A stretch of DNA of 6,327 bases from Octopus sinensis (GCF_006345805.1 NW_021829384.1:1-6327), one strand, 5' to 3'; shown: positions 1-5,716, counted from the stretch's first letter. Notes: generated by a model from the letters alone, not told the origin. Numbers and translations are program-made.

Positions 1-43
1 CCACAGTCTAATGATTGAAACAAGAATTTAAAAAATACATACG

Positions 44-47
44 TATA

Positions 48-98
<51 letters not shown>

Positions 99-99
99 T
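44..99. repeat. (TA)n microsatellite
   Basis: Nearly pure TA run with a few interruptions. Confidence 0.95.
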
Positions 100-238
100 T
101 CTGTCGGGTTTTCGATTTGAAAACACCACTAGAATGGGAGAAAGCGCTAATATAGGATACATGAAATAAGTTATATGATGTATAAAAACATGTAAATACA
201 AATAAATATCTTAATATAAAACCATCCGAATTTCTGAG

Positions 239-270
<32 letters not shown>

Positions 271-308
271 TATATATATATTATATAATATATATATATA
301 ATATAATA

Positions 309-340
<32 letters not shown>

Positions 341-347
341 ATATATA
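239..347. repeat. Interrupted (TA)n microsatellite
   Basis: TA dinucleotide run with TAA/TT interruptions. Confidence 0.95.
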
Positions 348-399
348 CGTTTAAATATTTGTTGTGCAAGATTTTTTATGTGAAGTCGTGTGTTGAAAG

Positions 400-619
400 A
401 TATTGTTATATTTCGGAATGGTCATATTGCCAGTTAGCCAATAAACACACGCACTATATATTGGTGTTATTTTGCTTCAGTGATTTTATTTACTTATTTT
501 TTTTTTTTTTTTTACTTCTGTAAAAAATAAATATCACTGAAGCAAAATAACACCAAATATATAGTGCGTGTGTTTTTATTGGCTAACTGACAATATGACC
601 ATTCCGAATATAACAATAT
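400..619. repeat. Long near-perfect inverted repeat (palindrome/foldback), probably transposon-derived
   Basis: 400-491 is the reverse complement of 525-619 with 1 substitution and 4 small indels by manual alignment. TTTAC (511-515) and GTAAA (520-524) close a 4-nt loop TTCT. The left arm carries extra T-rich sequence (~492-510). Confidence 0.9.
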
Positions 620-704
620 ATATATAATATATATATAATATATATACATGTCACATTATGACTATGTATGTGCCTGTGCGGGCGTTCATGTATGTATGGT
701 GCTG

Positions 705-910
705 CTGTTTTCTTTGTCCTCCAACGCAGCTTGACAACCGAGATTTGTTTGTTTACGTACAATAACTGAGCGTGCGTGCAAACGGGGGGGGGGGGGGGAC
801 GATAGAATCAGTGTGAAACTTAAAGATAAATACTAGGTTCGATTTGTTCGATTAAATTCGTTATGGTCGTAGCCCAGCGTTGCGACAGTCCATTGATTGA
901 AACATAAAGA
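705..910 (+). mobile_element. Degenerate 3' half of a SINE of family A (head missing)
   Basis: Aligns by eye to 2118-2305: GCTTGACAACCG, GTTTA(C/T)GT, GATAGAAT.AGT, TCGA.TTG.TCGATTAA, CAGTC.A.TGA.TGAAACA. It carries a G15 run at 784-798 where the younger copy has AGAGAC. Confidence 0.75.
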
Positions 911-934
911 TGGCTATATGTTATGCCTTTATCT

Positions 935-944
935 TGTGTGTGTG

Positions 945-995
<51 letters not shown>

Positions 996-1032
996 ATGTG
1001 TGTGTGTGTGTGTGTGCTTTTGTGGTGTGTGT

Positions 1033-1083
<51 letters not shown>

Positions 1084-1253
1084 TGTGTGGTGTGTGTTGT
1101 GTGGTGTGTGCTGTGTGTGTGTGTGTGTGTTGTGTTGTGTGTGTGTGCAGTGTGTGTGTGGTGTGGTGCATGTGTGGTGTGTTTGTGTGTGTGGTGTGTG
1201 TGGTGTGCGTGTGTGTGTGTGTTGTGTGTGTGTGTGTGTTCGTTGTGTGTGTG

Positions 1254-1300
<47 letters not shown>

Positions 1301-1374
1301 GTGTGTGCATGTGTGTGTGTGTGTGTGTGTGTGTGGTGCATGTGTGTGTGTGTGTGCATGTGTGTGTGTGTGTA

Positions 1375-1419
<45 letters not shown>

Positions 1420-1720
1420 GTGTTGTGTGTGTGCGTGTGTTGTGTGTGTGTGTGCATGTGTGTGTGTGCGTGTGTGTGTGCGGTGTGTGTGTGTGTGTGT
1501 GTGCGTGTGTGTGTGTGTGCGTGTGTGTGTGTGTGTGCTTGTGTGTGGTGTGTGGTGTGTGCGTGTGTGTTTGCGTGCGTGTGGTGTGTGTGTGTGTGTG
1601 TGTGTGTTGTGTGTGTGTGTGTGTGTGGTGTGTCGTGTGTGTGTGCGAGTATGTGCGTGTGGTGCGTGTTGTGTGTGTGTGCGTTGTGTGTGTGTGTGGT
1701 GTGTGCGTGTTGTGTGTGTG

Positions 1721-1783
<63 letters not shown>

Positions 1784-1822
1784 GTGTGTGTGTGTTGTGT
1801 GTGTGTGTGTGTGTGCGTGTGT
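935..1822. repeat. Very long interrupted (GT)n/(CA)n microsatellite (~890 bp)
   Basis: GT dinucleotides with scattered GC, GCAT, GGT and GTT interruptions. It is the source of the Val-Cys and His-Thr ORFs in the track. Confidence 0.98.
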
Positions 1823-1887
1823 ATATACGTACGTATATATCGCTTGTTATATATATGATATTAAATATAATTTATAAATATATATGA

Positions 1888-1917
1888 CATTGGTTTCACA
1901 TTTTGGTACACAGCCAG
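1888..1917 (-). mobile_element. 3' tail of a minus-strand SINE of family B, separated from its body by the nested family-A SINE
   Basis: The reverse complement GTGTACCAAAATGTGAAACCAATG matches the tail of the + copy (TTGTGCCAAAATTAGAAATC, ~2671-2690). Confidence 0.75.
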
Positions 1918-2317
1918 GACTGGCTGTGTGGTAAGTAGCTTGCTTACCAACCACATTGTTCCGGGTTCAGTCCCACTGCGTGGCACCTTGGGCAAGTGTC
2001 TTCTACTATAGCCTCGGGCCGACCAATGCCTTGTGAGTGGATGGTAGATGGAAACTGAAAGAAGCCTGTCGTATATATGTATATATATATATATATATGT
2101 GTGTGTTTGTGCGTCTGTGTTTGTCCCCCTAGCATTGCTTGACAACCGATGCTGGTGTGTTTATGTCCCCGTCACTTAGCGGTTCGGCAAAAGAGACCGA
2201 TAGAATAAGTACTGGGCTTACAAAAGAATAAGTCGCGGGGTCGAGTTGCTCGATTAAAGGCGGTGCTCCAGCATGGCCGCAGTCAAATGACTGAAACAAG
2301 TAAAAGAGTAAAAAGAG
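1918..2317 (+). mobile_element. Near full-length tRNA-derived SINE (family A; octopus-type, with a CORE-like segment)
   Basis: A-box-like TGGCTGTGTGG (1921-1931) and B-box-like GGTTCAGTCC (1964-1973). CACCTTGGGCAAGTGTCTT resembles the CORE-SINE motif GACCTTGGGCAAGTTACTT. It has an internal (TA)n(TG)n linker (~2072-2110), a 3' AAAAGAGT-type tail and flanking AGCCAG direct repeats (1912-1917, 2318-2323). A second copy lies at 6174-6327. Confidence 0.9.
1921..1973 (+). promoter_or_regulatory. RNA polymerase III internal promoter (A-box/B-box-like) of the SINE head
   Basis: TGGCTGTGTGG and GGTTCAGTCC at tRNA-like spacing; both deviate slightly from consensus. Confidence 0.6.
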
Positions 2318-2438
2318 AGCCAGCAATTTTGGAGTGGAATTAAGTCGATTACATCGAAGCCGGGACTCAGCAGGTTCTTATTTTATCGCCTTTCGAAGGA
2401 TGAAAAGCAACGTGAACCTTGACGGAATTTGACCTCAC
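2318..2438 (-). mobile_element. Body of a minus-strand SINE of family B (5'-truncated, diverged)
   Basis: The reverse complement aligns with 2549-2670 and 5286-5385 (GAG.TC.AATTC, TTTCATC, CGAT.AA.TAAG.ACC, GATGTAATCGACTTA). Confidence 0.85.
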
Positions 2439-2498
2439 TAGGACGGAATTTGACCTCACTAGGACGGAATTTGACCTCACTAGGACGGAATTTGACCT
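2421..2498. repeat. Perfect 21-bp tandem repeat GACGGAATTTGACCTCACTAG, 3 full copies plus a 15-bp partial
   Basis: Identical copies at 2421-2441, 2442-2462 and 2463-2483, partial at 2484-2498; no spacers. Confidence 0.97.
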
Positions 2499-2690
2499 GA
2501 CAGAATCGTTAGCAAAGTAATTAGCGGCATTTCGTCCGTCTTTAGGTTTTGAGTTCGAATTCTGCTGAAGCTGACTTTACCTTTCATCTTTTCGGGTGCG
2601 ATGAATTAAGTACCAGTTGAGCACAAGGGTTGATGTAATCGACTTACTCCCTTCCCCGAATTTGCAGGCCTTGTGCCAAAATTAGAAATC
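2497..2690 (+). mobile_element. tRNA-derived SINE of family B, slightly 5'-truncated
   Basis: Head CTGACAGAATCGTTAGC, B-box GTTCGAATT (2553-2561), body homologous to 5288-5385, and tail GGCCTTGTGCCAAAATT.GAAA. Confidence 0.85.
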
Positions 2691-2892
2691 TATATTAGAA
2701 ATACATTTCTGATGTCATTCACACACGCACACACACACATATATATATATATATGGGTTTGTGTCTATGTTTTCGTTTCTCATTGTGTTCGACGTTTTTT
2801 TGGTGTCCTGTACTCATATATGCGTGTATATATACATGTAGAGGTAGGTACGTACATATATGTATATATATATATGCATATGTTTTATTTAT

Positions 2893-2894
<2 letters not shown>

Positions 2895-2947
<53 letters not shown>
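2895..2947. repeat. Pure (AT)n microsatellite
   Basis: Uninterrupted AT run. Confidence 0.97.
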
Positions 2948-2949
<2 letters not shown>

Positions 2950-3023
2950 ATATCATGCAATTTTTAGAGATAGGATTATCTCTATATACACAGTACATTG
3001 AAGTGCTCAGTGTATCTGAACCA

Positions 3024-3163
3024 TAGAAATAATGAAGAAATAAAAGATAGGTTACCAAAATATATTCTTTTGTGAAATCATTATATGCACCAAATCATGT
3101 CCTAAAAATATATAGATATATAAACATACTCAAAATATATTACAAAATATGTTAAGAATATAT
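3024..3163. repeat. Left arm of an AT-rich foldback (inverted-repeat) element
   Basis: The reverse complement matches 3323-3354 + 3752-3766 + 3953-4041. 3072-3107 and 3956-3991 are a perfect 36-bp inverted match. Confidence 0.85.
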
Positions 3164-3354
3164 CAAGGACGCGTAATAGTCGTAATTGCTTTTTAAAAAT
3201 GATATTAAAATATATAGAATATTGTAAATCCATGAAATTTATGATTGGCTTCAAATTCGAGTGAAGAAAACAGTAAATCCATATAGAAATTTAAAATTCA
3301 GAATTTCTGGATATTTATATCTATATATTTTAATGTATTTTAATATATTTTGAA

Positions 3355-3751
3355 CTAGCAGTATCACCCGGCGTTGCTCGGGTTTGTAAGGAAAATAACT
3401 GTATAAGCATTTTTAGAGATGTAAAGTATAATAGCCATCTCAATATGGCTAACCACAAAGGCGGGGGGGTGTTACTGTAGTTTTTTACGTTCTGAGATTT
3501 AATAATAAATTTTTAGAGGTTACCTCCCTTATATATGCCAAAAATGCATTAAAAATGGGGAAAATTGATGGTAAATTTTTTTTAAATCGTAGACTCATCG
3601 TAGACGCGCGCTAATACCCAGAAGGGCTCGATATGAATCACGACTATAAGATACCCGGTTTTGGTTAAACTGCACCGCAAAATGTGGGAGTAGTTAGGAA
3701 TCTAAATCGTAGGAGACAGACAGCACACAACCTCTCTTTTATATATAAAGA
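3355..3751 (-). mobile_element. Complete non-autonomous Helitron (397 bp)
   Basis: The minus strand starts TC(TTTATATATAAAAG) at 3751 and ends CTAG at 3355. A GC-rich hairpin (+ strand ACCCGGCGTTGCTCGGGT, 3366-3383) lies 7 nt before the CTAG. The element sits between A and T with no TSD, and removing it restores the inverted-repeat arm. Confidence 0.9.
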
Positions 3752-3766
3752 TATGTTTATATATCT

Positions 3767-3950
3767 CGCCAACACTACACCTGATTTTCTCCTCTCCATA
3801 CAGACGCAAGCATGTATCTGACTCATACACTGTTCACTTCCCAGACATTTGTACATTACTGCATATGCTTTATACGCACTTTTGACAAGTTGTGGTGCAC
3901 CTGAGCACTGTATACAATAATTTCATTATTATTATTATTATTATTATTAT
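3767..3950 (+). mobile_element. Probable 5'-truncated 3' end of a non-LTR retrotransposon (LINE tail or LINE-tailed SINE)
   Basis: It interrupts the foldback arm, ends in (ATT)8 (3925-3948), and has a small stem-loop GTGC-ACCTGA-GCAC (3895-3908) just upstream. This layout is typical of L2/CR1-type 3' ends. No TSD is visible and the clade is not established. Confidence 0.55.
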
Positions 3951-3952
3951 CC

Positions 3953-4041
3953 ATATTTTAGGACATGATTTGGTGCATATAATGATTTCACTAATTAATA
4001 CATTTTGGTAACCTGTCTTTTATCTGTCTTCATTATTTCTA
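3953..4041. repeat. Distal part of the right arm of the foldback element
   Basis: Reverse complement of 3024-3111 with a few mismatches and indels. Confidence 0.85.
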
Positions 4042-4190
4042 CATGTATATACCTACATATATTACACACGTACATAAACATACCGGTAAATAAATAGATA
4101 ATGTATACGTATATGCATTGTATACACATACGCACATACAAACACACACACACATACATACACACACTCACATATATATATATAATATTA
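4042..4190. repeat. Mixed low-complexity (CA/TA/CATA) tract
   Basis: Degenerate AC/AT dinucleotide and tetranucleotide sequence. Confidence 0.8.
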
Positions 4191-4191
4191 A

Positions 4192-4353
4192 TAAAGTTAG
4201 ATAAGGCCAGTTTATGGGATTACCCTGGATGTTACCTCCACAAAGCGCTTAGCTTTACAGCTTATCATCAGATCTCAAACTTGTTGGTTTATGGCCTCTC
4301 TAGCGAGCGGCCTTTCTAGAAACTGGTGGAGGAAAGAACCTCTCTACTCAATG
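4192..4353 (-). mobile_element. Probable 3' UTR/pseudo-LTR portion of the Penelope-like remnant
   Basis: Higher-complexity, more GC-rich sequence contiguous with the ORF remnant and bounded by microsatellites. It contains CTGATGA (minus strand, 4271-4265) followed by a hairpin. Confidence 0.5.
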
Positions 4354-4556
4354 TCAGCAACAGGGAATTGTCTCCCTTAGGCTATCGATCGTAAGGGACC
4401 CTGTTATTTGGTGGGTTCCAACATCCAGCAGGAATTTCCTGAAATGCAAGCACAGTCCGTTCTGGAGTTAAGGATGTTCCCCAGGTCGAGGGGGTCCTTT
4501 AGTATCCTCGCCCGTTCTGCTATGCATAATCTACAACGCTTGGTCCTGTTTATGTA
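4354..4556 (-). pseudogene. Frameshifted C-terminal remnant of a Penelope-like retroelement ORF (region after the GIY-YIG endonuclease core)
   Basis: Minus-strand translation from 4556 gives YINRTKRCRLCIAERARILKDPLDLGNILNSRT. After a frameshift near 4458 it continues GLCLHFRKFLLDVGTHQITGSLTIDSLRETIPCC* (stop at 4356-4354). This fits the PLE C-terminal pattern I recall, Y.N.SKRCxLCL.EK..IL...LNKRSEL..KCRH..KFLL. Confidence 0.75.
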
Positions 4557-4573
4557 TACGTACATAAATATAG

Positions 4574-4680
4574 ATGTGTATATATATATGATTATGATAT
4601 ATGTGTATATATATATATAAACATAAGTGTGTGTATATACACAATATATATATATTATATATATATATTATATATATATA
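4574..4680. repeat. Degenerate (TA)n/(TG)n tract
   Basis: Low-complexity TA-rich sequence. Confidence 0.8.
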
Positions 4681-4780
4681 AGTTCAGCAGCAAATTTAGA
4701 TTCAAATGAATATGGTACTTAAGTTAGATGCACCAGAATTTTGTATAGTGTTATATCCATATAAATCCATGGGGTGAGTA

Positions 4781-4781
4781 T

Positions 4782-4849
<68 letters not shown>
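4781..4849. repeat. Compound (TA)n(GA)n microsatellite
   Basis: TA run followed by (AG)n at 4829-4849. Confidence 0.95.
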
Positions 4850-5057
4850 TCACTGTTATTCTATTGAAACAATCACTAGAGGTTTTGCGTTGATTTTTAC
4901 CCCTTAGATAACGCTAAACGTCAACAATGAACGCGTAACCATTTTTTAAAATAATTCTTCTTCCAAATAACATCTGAAAAACACTTGGTCGGTCTCACTC
5001 TTACAGTACAGATTCAATGGAATAAATAAAAGTTATCATTAACCGATAGATTTGCTT

Positions 5058-5137
<80 letters not shown>

Positions 5138-5186
5138 GTATGTGTGTGTGTGTGTGTTGTGTGTGTGTGTGTGTGTGTGTGTGGTG
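5058..5186. repeat. Compound (TA)n(TG)n microsatellite
   Basis: TA run grading into a TG run directly upstream of a SINE-A 3' half. Confidence 0.95.
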
Positions 5187-5190
5187 CGCC

Positions 5191-5603
5191 TGCGTTTGTC
5201 ATCTCACCATTGCTTGACAACTGGTGATGCTATATAAGGCGGTGAGCTGGCAGATACGTAGCCGTATTTCGTCTGTCGTTACGCTCTGAGTTCAAATTCC
5301 GCCGAGGTCGACTTTGCCTTTCATCCTTTCAGGGTCGATAAATAAAGTACCAGTTTCGCACTGGGGTCGATCTTAACGACTTTATCCCTTTATCTGTCCT
5401 TGTTTGTCCCCTCTATGTTTAGCCCCTTGTGGGTAGTAAAGAAATATATATTTACGTCTCTGTAACGTAGCGGTTCGGCAACAGAGACCAATAGAATAAG
5501 TACCAGGCTTTAAAAGGTAAGTGCTGGAGTCGATAGATTCGACTAAAAATTCTTCAAGGCAGCTCTCCAGCATGGCTGCACTCTGATAACTAAATAAAAG
5601 AAA
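5191..5603 (+). mobile_element. 3' half of an older family-A SINE (5191-5236 plus 5451-5603), interrupted by a nested SINE
   Basis: GTTTGTC..CATTGCTTGACAAC (5194-5221) resumes as TTTACGTC..GTAAC.TAGCGGTTCGGCAA.AGAGACC.ATAGAATAAGTAC..CCAGCATGGC.GCA. This is collinear with 2119-2305. Confidence 0.85.
5238..5444 (+). mobile_element. tRNA-derived SINE with a family-B-like head/body and a different 3' tail (family C)
   Basis: Head GGCGGTGAGCTGGCAGA, B-box GTTCAAATT (5290-5298), body homologous to 2551-2646, tail ...AGCCCCTTGTGGGTAGTAAAGAAA, and flanking TATATA repeats (5231-5236, 5445-5450). Confidence 0.88.
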
Positions 5604-5716
5604 ATCTGATTCTATCAATATTCAGCTTTTCAATCAGTAAATATTGTTTCCTTAACATTCTTTTTTAAATAATTATAACAATTATTAACATCTGCGTACG
5701 TATACATATGTGTGAT

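Noticed and set aside
820-1887. Long ORFs (up to 326 aa) of Val-Cys or His-Thr repeats that might suggest metal-binding or structural proteins
   Set aside because: They are translations of the (GT)n/(CA)n tract, which has no stop codon in any frame. They are open on both strands and in several frames and contain no non-repetitive domain.
1918-1985. tRNA-like heads (also ~2497-2565 and ~5238-5305) as real tRNA genes
   Set aside because: They have A/B-box-like motifs but no complete cloverleaf that I can fold, and each continues into a SINE body.
1861-2326. ORFs 1861-2145, 1944-2135 and 2129-2326, plus the similar ORFs at 6029-6313, 6077-6292 and 5943-6254 (HWSARGYSRR..PRSGTEP peptides)
   Set aside because: They are sense or antisense readings of the family-A SINE and its microsatellite linker. 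The peptide similarity between the two loci only reflects SINE copy homology.
2421-2498. Regular 21-bp repeats resembling a CRISPR array
   Set aside because: The copies are directly adjacent with no spacers, the unit derives from the neighbouring SINE, there are no cas genes, and the context is eukaryotic.
2755-2890. Segment that looks like another dispersed repeat fragment
   Set aside because: There is no second copy or diagnostic terminus in the window, and my recollection of similar octopus sequence is too vague to support a call.
2673-3026. ORFs 2673-3026 and 2753-3001, and similar YI-rich ORFs at 4101-4319, 5014-5220 and 5052-5237
   Set aside because: They are dominated by (TA)n translation (YIYI). 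Starts are non-canonical or fall within repeats, and no domain is recognisable.
3665-3856. Minus-strand 63-aa ORF and a possible Helitron-captured gene fragment
   Set aside because: It spans the junction of three unrelated elements and has no RepHel or other motif.
4408-4620. + strand 70-aa ORF (MVGSNIQQEF...)
   Set aside because: It is the antisense shadow of the minus-strand Penelope-like remnant, starts at TTG and ends in microsatellite.
4850-5057. Non-repetitive islands (also 100-238 and 5770-5940) as possible exons or enhancers
   Set aside because: They have no convincing splice-site pair, ORF or within-window homology. They cannot be assigned without RNA-seq or conservation data.
5382-5618. 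Minus-strand 78-aa ORF
   Set aside because: It is an antisense reading across two nested SINEs.
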